From Geobacteraceae bacterium (lineage in GTDB: Bacteria; Desulfobacterota; Desulfuromonadia; Geobacterales; DSM-12255), in contig JAYSLX010000045.1 of NCBI GenBank assembly GCA_043725245.1, positions 1-60,021 of the forward strand: DNA of 60,021 nt. Reading direction: 5' to 3'. The position numbers and the translations under genes were made by a program. The notes under the pieces are model-generated. The model was given only the letters and a program-made list of their open reading frames with translations. It was not told where the DNA came from and ran no database searches. Positions 20,566-30,934 of this stretch are shown here, in pieces. Numbering within the stretch: the stretch's first letter is position 1; each line of letters starts with the position of its first letter.

Positions 20566-21402
20566 GTGTCGACTGGCACCCTCTACATCGTTGCAACCCC
20601 TATCGGCAATCTGGAGGACATGACCTTCAGGGCGGTCCGCATCCTTAAGGAGGCGGACCTGATTGCAGCCGAGGATACCCGCCATTCACGGAAGCTGCTT
20701 ACCCATTTTGGCATCTCAACCTCTCTCACAGCCTATCATGATCACAACGAGTCACTGAAGACCCCTCATCTGTTAGAGCGTTTGAAGTCCGGCCTGTCTG
20801 TTGCGCTCATAACCGATGCAGGAACCCCATGCATTGCCGATCCAGGGTACCGGATCGTCCGCGCCGCAGCACAGGAGGGGATCCGAGTGGTGCCTGTCCC
20901 CGGTTCTTCTGCCACCATGGCGGCGCTCTCCGCATCCGGGCTTCCTACCGACGAATTCACATTTGCTGGGTTTTTGCCGGCAAAGGCCGGCAAACGGCGG
21001 GAGCGGCTTCGTGAACTGGCTGTCGAATGCCGCCTGCTGGTTTTCTACGAGGCTCCTCACCGGCTTTCTGCCATGCTCGGTGACCTGTACGATGTTTTTG
21101 GCGAGAGAGAGGCATTGGTTGCTCGTGAGCTGACCAAGATCTATGAAGAGTTTGCCCGTGGCACTCTGACAGAGCTTGCGCAACGCTTCAGGGAAACCCC
21201 TGCTCGCGGCGAGGTGGTGGTGCTTGTAGCGCCCCCTCAAACGCCGATAGAGGCTGTTCAGCCGAATGTTGAAGGTATGCTGAAAGATCTTCTGGAAGCG
21301 GGGATGACAGTTAAGGATGCTGCCCGTCGGATAGCCGATGCGACCGGTAAGAGTCGCAGTGAACTCTACGAATTGGCGCTGATGCTCAGGAAGGATGTTT
21401 GA
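20566..21402 (+). CDS. rsmI: 16S rRNA C1402 2'-O-methyltransferase
   Basis: LYIVATPIGNLED, AEDTR, DAGTPCIADPG, FYEAPHR and RELTK motifs. Confidence 0.97.
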   Translation: MSTGTLYIVATPIGNLEDMTFRAVRILKEADLIAAEDTRHSRKLLTHFGISTSLTAYHDHNESLKTPHLLERLKSGLSVALITDAGTPCIADPGYRIVRAAAQEGIRVVPVPGSSATMAALSASGLPTDEFTFAGFLPAKAGKRRERLRELAVECRLLVFYEAPHRLSAMLGDLYDVFGEREALVARELTKIYEEFARGTLTELAQRFRETPARGEVVVLVAPPQTPIEAVQPNVEGMLKDLLEAGMTVKDAARRIADATGKSRSELYELALMLRKDV

Positions 21403-21422
21403 AGAGGCGAAATATGAAGGAG

Positions 21423-21452
21423 GAAAAGGGCCCGCAGCTGCAGGCCCTTTTC
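21423..21452. terminator. bidirectional intrinsic terminator
   Basis: gaaaagggcc...ggcccttttc stem between convergent genes. Confidence 0.8.
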
Positions 21453-21469
21453 TGTTTGTACGCTCTGCA

Positions 21470-22321
21470 TCATGATGCCAGCGCCAGTGCATCGGCAGCA
21501 AGGATGATCTGATCCTCCTCTTCGACTACCGGGTGCGCACTGTGCTCGATCAGGTCGTAGAGGTGGAGGTACTTTGCAACCTCCCCGGTTTCGTTGGTCT
21601 TGCGTCCGAAATACCTGCCACTCTGGGGGAATACTTCCGTAACGGTCCGATCGTCATAGATGGCAAGATCGCAGGGGCTGTTGGTATCACGGCCGCTGAA
21701 ATCACCGGCAGTCGGCAGTTCGTCACGATAGACAATGCGGACATCGATGTTGTCCCGGTACTGTGCGAGCAAGACCTTCTGTATCTCCGGGTCTGTCAGC
21801 TCCTCACGGGATATGACAAATATCCGGGTGATCATGACGCCGCGGTCCATGGCGCGAAGATTGGCCAGATAGAAGTTGAGCAGTGCGCCCCGAGTACCCC
21901 ATCCCGGGGTCAGAGGGTCGACAGCCTTAATCTGGCGTGTGGACTGGTCGGAGAGCTTGGCTCCCTCCAGGTAGAATTCGGGTTCGTCCAACGGGATATA
22001 TCCCTGTTGCAGCATTGCAATGGTCCGCTTGGCCACGGACAGGAGTTCCTGTGCCTTGGCCTGGCATTCGGGGTTGTTTATCTGTGCGACGGCAAAGGGT
22101 ATCTCGTGGGCCTGGTTATACTGCCCAAGAAGGGTTTCCTTGGTTTTTTCGATCTCCTCCCGCACAAGGTAGGTGACCAGTGACAGGAGAATGCCGATTC
22201 CGAAGATGATATAGGCAGCGCTTTCGTTCCTGAGGACCGTGTGGAAAAAGATCGCGAGCCCTGAACCGGCGAGAAACTCGACAAATATTGCAATGGAGGG
22301 GATGCTTTTTTTCAGTGCCAT
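21470..22321 (-). CDS. riboswitch-controlled hypothetical protein: 2 TM helices, a helical linker and an alpha/beta domain
   Basis: SD aaggag before ATG 22321; two hydrophobic segments; RGVMITRIFV..IDVRIV..DLAIYDD resembles PLD/TrmB-like folds without HKD. Confidence 0.75.
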   Translation of the reverse strand: MALKKSIPSIAIFVEFLAGSGLAIFFHTVLRNESAAYIIFGIGILLSLVTYLVREEIEKTKETLLGQYNQAHEIPFAVAQINNPECQAKAQELLSVAKRTIAMLQQGYIPLDEPEFYLEGAKLSDQSTRQIKAVDPLTPGWGTRGALLNFYLANLRAMDRGVMITRIFVISREELTDPEIQKVLLAQYRDNIDVRIVYRDELPTAGDFSGRDTNSPCDLAIYDDRTVTEVFPQSGRYFGRKTNETGEVAKYLHLYDLIEHSAHPVVEEEDQIILAADALALAS

Positions 22322-22380
22322 CGGATAACTCCTTTGAGGGGCGACTCGCTTGCCGGGTCGAATTGCCGGCTGACAACAAC

Positions 22381-22431
22381 AAAAAGCCGGGTCGCCTGTC
22401 ATATCTGGTATGATATTTCGGCGACCCGGCT
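22381..22431 (-). terminator. riboswitch expression-platform terminator
   Basis: on the minus strand, agccgggtcgcc...ggcgacccggct followed by a T-run; the 5' arm overlaps the aptamer 3' end. Confidence 0.85.
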
Positions 22432-22496
22432 GTCTCAGTGAGACCCTGTGGGCTTTCCGTCCCATCCTCGCGGGTGGTTTAGTATTGTCGTATATC
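22412..22496 (-). ncRNA. GEMM-I riboswitch, Geobacter GEMM-Ib type (3',3'-cGAMP sensing)
   Basis: reverse complement is gatatacgacaatactaaaccacccgcgaggatgggacggaaagcccacagggtctcactgagacagccgggtcgccgaaatatc: two-hairpin GEMM-I architecture with the CGACAAUACUAAACC signature. Confidence 0.92.
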
Positions 22497-22531
22497 TGCT
22501 GATGCTCTGAATTTTTATTACAATGGAGGCA

Positions 22532-22560
22532 ACTCTAGCCTCATGAAAATTTCGAGTCAA
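22532..22560 (-). promoter_or_regulatory. sigma70 promoter for the riboswitch leader
   Basis: TTGACT-17nt-TAGAGT on the minus strand about 35 nt upstream of the aptamer. Confidence 0.65.
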
Positions 22561-22605
22561 GAAAAAAATGATTAATATGGGATAAATACTTTAAAATACA
22601 GTCTG

Positions 22606-24558
22606 TTATGCCAGGTCAACCAGGGTTTTCCCATCGACCACCATCAACTCGGAGATCAGTCTGGTGAACCGGAGCGGGTCCTTGATGGGGGAGCCTTCCG
22701 TCAGAAGTGCCTGGTCAAGGAGCAGTTCACAGTAGTCTGCTAAGCGAGGGTTGGCCTTGTCCTTAGCGTAGATGCCTGCCATGATCCCCATGAGTGGGTG
22801 TCCGGGATTTAGTTCCAGAATCCGCTTGGACTCGGGTATCTCCTGGTTCATCGACCTCATGATACGCTCCATATTGGCGTTCAGCCCGTATTCATCGGCC
22901 ACGAGGCAGCAGGCGCTGTCAGTCAGCCGGTGCGAGAGGCGTACCTCCTTGACCCGGTCGTCGAGCTTCTCCTTGATGAAGTTCAGAAGCCCCTGATATT
23001 GCTTCTTGGCATCTTCCCGGTCACCCTCCTTTGCCTTCTTCTCCTCTTCACTCTCAAGTTCGATATCTCCGCGGTCGATGGCCTTGAGTTTCTTGCCGTC
23101 GTATTCGGGGAGGGACTGAACAACCCATTCGTCAACAGGATCGGTGAGAAAAAGTACCTCGAAATCTTTCTTTCGGAGTGCCTCAAGATGCGGCGAGTTC
23201 TCCACTGCGACGCGGGAGGTCCCGGTTATGAAGTAGATTTCTGTTTGCCCTTCAGGCATCCGCTCAACATACTCCTTTAGAGAGACGAATTTCCCGGATT
23301 CGCTCTTTGAGCTTTCGAAGAGGAGCAGTTCCTGGAGCTTTTCCCGATTGGGGTAGTCAACGTGAAGCCCCTCTTTCATGACCGATCCGAACTCCCGGTA
23401 GAACTTCAGATACTCGTCCGACTCTTTCTCCTTCATTTCGGTGAGTGTTGAAAGGATCTTGGTTACAAGGCTCTTCTGAATCCGCCTGATTTCAACGTCC
23501 TGCTGGAGGATCTCACGGGAGACGTTGAGCGGCAGGTCGCTGGAGTCAACCACTCCTTTCATAAAACGGAGATAGTCGGGGAGGAGCTCTTCGCAGTGAT
23601 CGGTGATAAAGATTCTTCTTACGTAGAGCTGAACTCCCTTTTTCTGGTCTCTATAGAAGAGGTCGAACGGCTTGTGTGAGGGTATGTAGAGTATCGAGCG
23701 GAACTCGCTGGTTCCTTCGGCTGAATAGTGGATGGTCCTTAAGGGTTTGTCGTAGTCGTGGGAGATATGTTTGTAGAACTCTTCGTAATCCTCTTCGGTA
23801 ATCTCGCTTCGGGTACGGGTCCAGATTGCCTTCATGGAGTTCAGGGTTTCCTCTACGGTCTTTTCGATGTCACCGCCACCCTCGATTATCTTGCCGTCAG
23901 CCCCCTTGGCAGGGTCACTCCTGGTGATGTCCATGCAGATTGGGTACTGGACGTAGTCGGAATATTTTTTTACGATAGACTTGATCTTCCACTCATCCAG
24001 GTAGTCGCGCATATCCTCCTTAAGGTGGAGTATAATGTCTGTGCCGCGACTCTCCTTGGTGCACTCCTCTATGGTATAGGTGCCGTCTCCGGTAGATTCC
24101 CAGCGGCAGGCTGCAGAGGAGTCACCAGGTTTGCGGGTGATGATCTCCACTCTGTCGGCCACCATGAATGAGGAGTAGAACCCGACTCCGAACTGACCTA
24201 TCATCTCCGGGTTGTCGGCCAGGTTTTTCTCCTTAAGGCTCTCCATAAAGGCTTTGGTGCCTGAGCGGGCTATAGTGCCGATGTTCTCCTCAACCTCCGG
24301 GATGCTCATACCGATACCGTTATCGATGATGGTAATAGTGCCGGCTGCCTTATCCGGAATCAGCTTGATCTTCCAGTCGGCATTCCCTTCCAGCGAGGTT
24401 TCGCTCGAGTGTGACTCGAAGCGCACCTTGTCTATGGCGTCCGAGGCATTGGAGAGCAGTTCCCTGAGGAATATGTCACGGTTCGAGTAGAGGGAGTGGA
24501 TGACAAGGTCCAGGAGCTGCTGAACCTCGGTCTGAAACTGTTTGGTCGTTTTTGACAT
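22606..24558 (-). CDS. htpG: molecular chaperone HtpG (Hsp90)
   Basis: [36 protein letters not shown] and DLPLNVSRE motifs. Confidence 0.99.
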   Translation of the reverse strand: MSKTTKQFQTEVQQLLDLVIHSLYSNRDIFLRELLSNASDAIDKVRFESHSSETSLEGNADWKIKLIPDKAAGTITIIDNGIGMSIPEVEENIGTIARSGTKAFMESLKEKNLADNPEMIGQFGVGFYSSFMVADRVEIITRKPGDSSAACRWESTGDGTYTIEECTKESRGTDIILHLKEDMRDYLDEWKIKSIVKKYSDYVQYPICMDITRSDPAKGADGKIIEGGGDIEKTVEETLNSMKAIWTRTRSEITEEDYEEFYKHISHDYDKPLRTIHYSAEGTSEFRSILYIPSHKPFDLFYRDQKKGVQLYVRRIFITDHCEELLPDYLRFMKGVVDSSDLPLNVSREILQQDVEIRRIQKSLVTKILSTLTEMKEKESDEYLKFYREFGSVMKEGLHVDYPNREKLQELLLFESSKSESGKFVSLKEYVERMPEGQTEIYFITGTSRVAVENSPHLEALRKKDFEVLFLTDPVDEWVVQSLPEYDGKKLKAIDRGDIELESEEEKKAKEGDREDAKKQYQGLLNFIKEKLDDRVKEVRLSHRLTDSACCLVADEYGLNANMERIMRSMNQEIPESKRILELNPGHPLMGIMAGIYAKDKANPRLADYCELLLDQALLTEGSPIKDPLRFTRLISELMVVDGKTLVDLA

Positions 24559-24597
24559 GGTGATAGTGCTCCTTCAATGGTGTTTTTTCAGTTGCAT

Positions 24598-24626
24598 AAC
24601 GTAACCATTGGAGAAGCGAAATGCAA
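24598..24626 (-). promoter_or_regulatory. putative htpG promoter
   Basis: TTGCAT-17nt-TACGTT on the minus strand. Confidence 0.4.
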
Positions 24627-24750
24627 GGGGATCGACAAAGTTTTCGCGCAGATTCGCGTTCGTGGCTTGCGGATGACTTTTGAGACGCTATAATATTTCA
24701 ATGAAATGTGACTAAGCCGAAAGCATTTCGGCAGAAATGAAGGTCCTCGC

Positions 24751-26757
24751 TTGAAAAGCGGTTATTCAATCAGTCGGCTTACAGGTGCATTCATACTGCT
24801 TGCCCTGCTTTTTTTTGCCTGCCGGGGTGCTGTGGCAGCCCTCCCACCGGAGCAGCAGAGCCGGGTCCTCATTCTCAATTCCTATCACCCCTTGTATTCC
24901 TGGTCTGACAATGAGTTGCAAGGGATCATCCAGACGATGCGGAAGCGCAACCAAGCCTTCGAGCCTCTCATCGAGTACCTGGACTGTAAATTATACCCAA
25001 GTATGAGCCATTTCAGTTACCTCCGAGACCTGTACCGTTTCAAGTACGGTAACACCCGCATACCGCTGGTCATAGCCGCGGACAATCCTGCCCTGCAGTT
25101 TGCGCTCATCTACAGACGAGATCTCTTTCCCAATGCCCCAATTGTCTTCTGCGGTATCAACGGTTTTATGCCGGAGATGTTTCAAGGCCAGCAAAATGTC
25201 ACAGGAGTTGCAGAGGTCCTCGATAGCAGGGGAACCGTCGAAGTGATGTTGAAGCTCCATCCAGACGCCAGTGAGATCTTCGTAATCCATGATTTCACTC
25301 CGACCGGGCTCGCCACACGTCGTGAGGCCCAGGCCCAGCTGGCGCTGTTGGAGAACCGCGTCAGGATCCACTTCATGACTGATATAAGTACCAACCAGAT
25401 GCTCGCTGAGATAGGTAAACTCCCGAAGAGTGCGCTGGTGCTTTCCCTCTCATACAGCCGCGACAGCGAAGGGAGGGTTTTTGACCATTCGCAGATATCG
25501 AAGCTATTGAGCGAAAAATCGCCAGTGCCTGTCTATGGTGTTCATGAGGAACGGCTGAGTTACGGGATCGTCGGCGGAAGCATGTTGAGTGGCAGGCTGC
25601 ATGGGGTAAGAGCTGCGGAGATTGCTATGGAGGTGCTTAACGGGAGGTATGCGTCAGACATTCCCGTGGATATGCACAGCACGGCCAGGCTCATGTTTGA
25701 CTACCGTCAACTCAAGCGCTTTAACATCGATCTGGACAGGCTTCCTCCAGGGAGCATAGTGGTTAACAAGCCTGAGTCATTTTACGGAAGATATACACTC
25801 CTTGTCTGGGGCATGATCACCCTTCTTGGAGCGCTCGTTACAATAATCGGCTTCCTCGCTTACATTGCGTCGGAACGTGAACGTTCTGCCAGGGGGCTTG
25901 AGGAAAAGGCCAGTGAGCTGGAGGATCGAGTAACTGCTCGAACCAGAGAGCTTTCAGAGTCCAATCAGGGACTGATGGAGGAGGTTCGACAGCGAGCTGC
26001 CGCCCAGGAGGAGATTAGCCGGCTCAACGATGACTTATTGTGTCGCACGAAGGCGCTGGAGTCGACTAACAGAGAGATGGAGGCATTCAGCTACTCTGTT
26101 TCCCATGATCTGCGTGCCCCGCTCCGTCACATCGAAGGTTTCAGCCGACTTCTCATGGAAGAGTGCGCTGATCGTATTGAAGAGCATGGGAGGGACTATC
26201 TGAACCGGGTCTGTCGTGCGAGTAACCGGATGTCGATGCTCATAGACGATCTGCTCAACCTCTCAAAAGTCTCCAGGGGTGATATCCTTTGTCGGCAGGT
26301 GAATCTGACTCAGATGGCTCAGGAGATTTGCGGCGAGCTCCAGGAGTCGAACCCGGGTCGTCAAGTGACCTTCAGAATTGCTGAGGATATGATCGCCTGG
26401 GGAGACCCTCGTCTGCTCAGGGCAATGCTTGTGAATCTGTTTGGGAACGCCTGGAAATACACCGGCAAGAAGGATCAGGCGACGATAGAGTTCGGTTGCC
26501 TGTTGATGGAAGAGGGGAAGGCCTGGTTTCTGAAGGACAACGGAGTCGGTTTTGATATGAACTATGCAGACCGCTTATTCGGAACCTTTCAGCGACTCCA
26601 TCATGCCAATGACTTTGAAGGGACCGGCATCGGCCTTGCCACCGTGCAGCGGATCATCAACCGTCACCAAGGCAAGGTGTGGGCCGAAAGTGAAATCGGG
26701 GTTGGTGCAACGTTTTATTTTACCCTCCCGGAACAGAATTCCAGGGAACTTTCCTAA
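24751..26757 (+). CDS. sensor histidine kinase with periplasmic substrate-binding-like domain
   Basis: VLILNSYH and PIVFCGIN periplasmic motifs; TM; FSYSVSHDLRAPLRHI H-box; NAWKY, DNGVGF and GTGIGLA boxes. Confidence 0.93.
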   Translation: MKSGYSISRLTGAFILLALLFFACRGAVAALPPEQQSRVLILNSYHPLYSWSDNELQGIIQTMRKRNQAFEPLIEYLDCKLYPSMSHFSYLRDLYRFKYGNTRIPLVIAADNPALQFALIYRRDLFPNAPIVFCGINGFMPEMFQGQQNVTGVAEVLDSRGTVEVMLKLHPDASEIFVIHDFTPTGLATRREAQAQLALLENRVRIHFMTDISTNQMLAEIGKLPKSALVLSLSYSRDSEGRVFDHSQISKLLSEKSPVPVYGVHEERLSYGIVGGSMLSGRLHGVRAAEIAMEVLNGRYASDIPVDMHSTARLMFDYRQLKRFNIDLDRLPPGSIVVNKPESFYGRYTLLVWGMITLLGALVTIIGFLAYIASERERSARGLEEKASELEDRVTARTRELSESNQGLMEEVRQRAAAQEEISRLNDDLLCRTKALESTNREMEAFSYSVSHDLRAPLRHIEGFSRLLMEECADRIEEHGRDYLNRVCRASNRMSMLIDDLLNLSKVSRGDILCRQVNLTQMAQEICGELQESNPGRQVTFRIAEDMIAWGDPRLLRAMLVNLFGNAWKYTGKKDQATIEFGCLLMEEGKAWFLKDNGVGFDMNYADRLFGTFQRLHHANDFEGTGIGLATVQRIINRHQGKVWAESEIGVGATFYFTLPEQNSRELS

Positions 26758-26780
26758 GAGCAAATCCTGCCTGCCCGACC

Positions 26781-26809
26781 TTGACACTACCGAACCTCTG
26801 TGTTACGTT
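26781..26809 (+). promoter_or_regulatory. sigma70 promoter of the trp operon
   Basis: TTGACA-17nt-TACGTT with extended -10 TG. Confidence 0.6.
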
Positions 26810-26885
26810 AACGCCTTCCTGTTCAGGCCTTTGGCTGCTTTCCTGTTTGCAACTCCCGGTCTTTGCCAGTTTCACGGAGCACCAG

Positions 26886-28364
26886 ATGCATTATCCCGAT
26901 TTCCCTGCTTTCAAAGTGCTTTGCAGCAGAGGGAACCTGATCCCGGTATATCGCGAGATCATGGCAGACCTGGACACCCCTGTAAGTGCCTTCAGGAAGA
27001 TCGACGACGGCCGGTATGCCTTTCTTCTGGAAAGCATAGAGGGTGGAGAGAAGTGGGCTCGCTATACCTTTCTCGGCTCAAATCCTTCCGTGATCATACG
27101 TTCCCGCGGCACAATCGTGGAACTGATCGAGCATGGGGAACCCCTGCGGAGTCTGGATTTTGCCGATCCCATGGAATTCATCCGTGAGTACCTTCGTCGT
27201 TTCCACCCGGTTGAGGTCGAGGGGGTCCCACGCTTTTTCGGAGGTGCGGTGGGATATCTGGGCTACGACATGGTGCGCCATTTCGAGAGCCTTCCCACCG
27301 ACAAACCTGCGCTCATAGACGCCTGGGACTCCTACTTTGTCATTACCGATACAATCCTGATCTTCGACAACGTCAAACAGAAGATAAAGGTCGTTTCCAA
27401 TGTATATCTAGAGGGTGAGCGATCTCCCGAGGATGCCTATGCAGAGGCAATTGCAAAGATCGAAGCCATTATTGCCAAGCTCAAGGCTCCGCTTCCGGCC
27501 CTTTCGTCACTTCCGGTCGCAGAGCCGGTTTCCTTTGCCTCAAACATCAGTCGCCGTGAATTCGAGGAGTCCGTCAGCAAGGCCAAGGAGTATGTCCGGG
27601 CCGGTGATATCATACAGGTCGTGCTGTCCCAGCGATTTTCGGGAACCCTGACGGTTGATCCACTGGATATCTACCGGGTACTGAGAACCCTCAATCCCTC
27701 CCCCTACATGTTTTTCCTCCGCCTTGAAGACACAGTAGTGTTAGGGGCTTCGCCAGAGGTGATGGTCCGCAAGGAGGGTGATCGTGTGGAACTCCGCCCT
27801 ATTGCCGGCACCCGTCCACGCGGCGCCACTGCAGACGAAGATGCTCATCTTGCGGAAGAGCTTCTGGCCGATCCCAAGGAAAGGGCCGAGCATGTCATGC
27901 TGGTGGACCTTGGTCGGAACGACTTGGGGAGGGTCTGCAAAATCGCTTCTGTTAAGGTCTCCGAGCTGATGGTGGTCGAGCGCTACTCCCATGTGATGCA
28001 CATCGTTTCCAATGTTCAGGGGGAGCTTGCCGTTGATAGGGACGCGTTCGACCTGGTACGCGCGACCTTCCCGGCCGGGACCCTCTCAGGTGCACCCAAG
28101 GTCAGGGCAATGGAGATTATCGACGAACTGGAGCCGGTGAGGCGGGAAATCTATGGGGGAGCCGTCGGTTACTTCTCGTTTTCCGGCAACATGGACCTGG
28201 CTATTGCCATCAGGACACTGGTGGTGAAGGATGGCAGGATTCACCTGCAGGCCGGCGCCGGCATAGTGGCTGATTCCGATCCGGCGGTTGAGTGGCAGGA
28301 GACCGTGAATAAGGCCATGGCGGTTATCAAGGCAATAGAAACCGCAGAAAAGGGGCTCGAATAA
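26886..28364 (+). CDS. trpE: anthranilate synthase component I
   Basis: FLLES, NPSPYM, RPIAGTRPRG, EHVMLVDLGRND and PAGTLSGAPK motifs. Confidence 0.97.
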   Translation: MHYPDFPAFKVLCSRGNLIPVYREIMADLDTPVSAFRKIDDGRYAFLLESIEGGEKWARYTFLGSNPSVIIRSRGTIVELIEHGEPLRSLDFADPMEFIREYLRRFHPVEVEGVPRFFGGAVGYLGYDMVRHFESLPTDKPALIDAWDSYFVITDTILIFDNVKQKIKVVSNVYLEGERSPEDAYAEAIAKIEAIIAKLKAPLPALSSLPVAEPVSFASNISRREFEESVSKAKEYVRAGDIIQVVLSQRFSGTLTVDPLDIYRVLRTLNPSPYMFFLRLEDTVVLGASPEVMVRKEGDRVELRPIAGTRPRGATADEDAHLAEELLADPKERAEHVMLVDLGRNDLGRVCKIASVKVSELMVVERYSHVMHIVSNVQGELAVDRDAFDLVRATFPAGTLSGAPKVRAMEIIDELEPVRREIYGGAVGYFSFSGNMDLAIAIRTLVVKDGRIHLQAGAGIVADSDPAVEWQETVNKAMAVIKAIETAEKGLE

Positions 28365-28562
28365 AGCTCCTGATGATCGTAAGCATAACCGTCCACTCTC
28401 ATCTAACCCGGTTTGAAATTACATTAAATAGCAATATTTACAAATAGTTAGGTATGATCGTGTTCATCTTATTTCATTGTCATGCGCAAAATAAGCGGGT
28501 GTTGAGCTAAACATAAATACCATCTTCTTAGTTGCCGATCCAAAGTAAGTTGCGGGGGGAGT

Positions 28563-30377
28563 ATGGAGGGTAAAAAGAGGATTCTGATGCAGGGGAATGA
28601 GGCCATTGCTCGTGGCATTGTGGAGCAGGGGTGTGTGGTGGCAGCTTCATATCCCGGTACCCCGGCTTCCGAGATCCTCACGGCGGTTCAGGCCTTCCAG
28701 CAGGCGGAAAATCTCCCCATGCATGTGGAGTGGGCGGTGAACGAGAAGGTGGCCTTCGAGATTGCCTATGCCGCCAGCCAGACGGGCCTTCGGGCCATGA
28801 CCGCCATGAAACAGGTGGGACTGAACGTAGCTGCAGATCCTTTGGCCAGTGCCGCCTATCTCGGTACAGTCGGCGGCTTTGTCGTTGTGAGTGCCGATGA
28901 TCCCGGTCCCCACTCATCCCAGACTGAGCAGGATTCCCGTTTGATGGCAATGCTTTACAAGGTGCCGGTGCTTGACCCGAGCTCGCCTGCAGAGGCGAAA
29001 GAGCTTGCCGGGGTAGCCTTTGAACTCTCCGAAACCTTCCGCCTGCCGGTCATGATCCGTCCGACCACCCGGGTTTGCCATGCCTGTCAGGATGTGGCGA
29101 TCGGTGAGGTGCAGCGGCTGGGACGCACCGCCGATTTTAAAAAAGATCCGGCCCGCTGGGCTGCTACCCCGGTGTTTCGTTATAAACTTCACCTGGAACT
29201 GATTGACAAGTTGGCTCACATCGCCGCCTACGGACCGACAGCGCCGCGCCGGCTCAATCCGCAGGCCAGTAGTCGCCGGGCCATTGTGGCTTCGGGCGTC
29301 TCCTTCGCCCATGCCGTGGAAGTCGTCACGGGGCTCGGCCTCTGGGACATCCTTCCGCTCTACCAGGTCGTCCAGCCGTTCCCCCTTCATACCGCTTTCA
29401 TCGACGACCTGCTGGTGACGTATGACGAGATTCTGGTCCTCGAAGAGACCGTCGGGGTCATTGAACTGCAGCTGCGGGACCGGCACAAGGTCAGGGGGAA
29501 GGAGAGTGGTGCAGTCCCTGCGGCGGGTGAACTGCTCCCCGAAATAATAGAGCGGATCGTGGCCGACTTTGCCGGTCTGCCGTTGCCGGCACAGCCAACG
29601 CCACCAACCGGGGGCGGTCGCCGGCCGACCCTCTGCCCCGGCTGTCCGCATCGGGCCAGTTTCTACGCTATCAAGAAGGCCGCCCCCGGCGGCATCTATC
29701 CCTCCGACATCGGCTGCTACACCCTCGGGCTCAACCTGGGGGGGGTCGACACCGTCCTCTGCATGGGGGCGGCGGTCGGCCAGGCCGCCGGTTTCTACCA
29801 GGCCCACCGGGTTACCGGCCAGCAGCGGGACATCGTAGCCACCGTGGGCGATTCCACCTTCTTTCATGCCTGCATCCCGCCGCTGGTGGATGCCGTGACC
29901 CAGGGTGCGCGCTTCGTCCTCACCATCCTCGACAACAGCACCACCGCCATGACCGGCAACCAGCCGACCCCGGCCCACGGAACGCCGGCGGGTCGGCCGG
30001 TCAGCATCGAAGAACTGGTGCGGGGTTGCGGCGTCCAGTTCTGCCGCACCGCCGATCCTCTCGACTTCCCCTCATTCACCACGCTGATGAAGGAGGCGGT
30101 CGTTTTTGCCCGCACGGACGGGGTTGCGGTGGTCATTGCCAAGAGCCCCTGCCTGGTGGACCGCAGCGTCAAGCTGACGAAGCGCTCCCAGGCCGTCGTT
30201 GAAAAGGAGATCTGTACCGGTTGCCAGCTCTGTACCAGGCAGTTCGAGTGCCCGGCCCTTGTCTTTGACCCAACAACGAAAAAGGTATCGGTGGATATCA
30301 TGCTCTGCAGCGGTTGCGGCGTCTGTATGGAAGTCTGCCCGGCAAAGTCCATCCAGATCGGGGAGGCCCAGTTATGA
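28563..30377 (+). CDS. iorA: indolepyruvate:ferredoxin oxidoreductase alpha subunit
   Basis: GNEAIARG, YPGTP, MKQVGLNVAAD, SSQTEQD, LCPGCPHR and GDSTF motifs; two C-terminal 4Fe-4S motifs. Confidence 0.95.
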   Translation: MEGKKRILMQGNEAIARGIVEQGCVVAASYPGTPASEILTAVQAFQQAENLPMHVEWAVNEKVAFEIAYAASQTGLRAMTAMKQVGLNVAADPLASAAYLGTVGGFVVVSADDPGPHSSQTEQDSRLMAMLYKVPVLDPSSPAEAKELAGVAFELSETFRLPVMIRPTTRVCHACQDVAIGEVQRLGRTADFKKDPARWAATPVFRYKLHLELIDKLAHIAAYGPTAPRRLNPQASSRRAIVASGVSFAHAVEVVTGLGLWDILPLYQVVQPFPLHTAFIDDLLVTYDEILVLEETVGVIELQLRDRHKVRGKESGAVPAAGELLPEIIERIVADFAGLPLPAQPTPPTGGGRRPTLCPGCPHRASFYAIKKAAPGGIYPSDIGCYTLGLNLGGVDTVLCMGAAVGQAAGFYQAHRVTGQQRDIVATVGDSTFFHACIPPLVDAVTQGARFVLTILDNSTTAMTGNQPTPAHGTPAGRPVSIEELVRGCGVQFCRTADPLDFPSFTTLMKEAVVFARTDGVAVVIAKSPCLVDRSVKLTKRSQAVVEKEICTGCQLCTRQFECPALVFDPTTKKVSVDIMLCSGCGVCMEVCPAKSIQIGEAQL

Positions 30378-30904
30378 TCGCCCAACAGCTCATCATTTCC
30401 GGCGTCGGCGGCCAGGGGATCCTCTTCATCACCCGTCTGCTGGCAGATGTGGCCATTGCCCAGGGTCTGCCGGTCCTCACCTCTGAAACCCATGGTATGG
30501 CCCAGCGGGGTGGGATAGTCATCTCCCATCTGAAGATCGGCGAGTTTTCCAGCCCCCTGGTGCGGCCAGGGCAGGCGGATGGTCTTCTCTCCCTCAAGGC
30601 AGAGACTGTTACTCTGCACAGGCACTTTCTCCGGCCAGAGAGGTGGATTGCCGCCAATGCGCTGCCGATTCAAATTGTAGAGACCGAGCACTTTGTGGCC
30701 ACTGTCGATGCTGATGCTGCGGCGCTGTCTCTCGGTAATCCCCAGGCGGTGAACCTGATTGTCCTTGGCCGTGCACTGGCTGAGCCGGGGTTGCTCTTCT
30801 GCAGCCGCGAGCAGGTGGAGGCAACTGTGCGGGCAAAACTGTCTGCCAAGCCGAAGCTGCTGAACGGAGCCTTGGCTGCACTTGATACCGGGCTGAAGGG
30901 GTAA
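30374..30904 (+). CDS. iorB: indolepyruvate:ferredoxin oxidoreductase beta subunit
   Basis: GVGGQG and SETHGMAQRGG motifs; overlaps iorA. Confidence 0.93.
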   Translation: MIAQQLIISGVGGQGILFITRLLADVAIAQGLPVLTSETHGMAQRGGIVISHLKIGEFSSPLVRPGQADGLLSLKAETVTLHRHFLRPERWIAANALPIQIVETEHFVATVDADAAALSLGNPQAVNLIVLGRALAEPGLLFCSREQVEATVRAKLSAKPKLLNGALAALDTGLKG

Positions 30905-30934
30905 GCAGAAAAATCTCTGTTTTGGAGTTATGCA

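Noticed and set aside
22322-22465. N-terminal extension of the ORF called 21470..22465
   Set aside because: It runs through the riboswitch and its terminator; the SD supports ATG at 22321
26810-26885. Possible trp attenuator leader peptide or T-box
   Set aside because: No short ORF with tandem Trp codons, no T-box motif and no clear terminator
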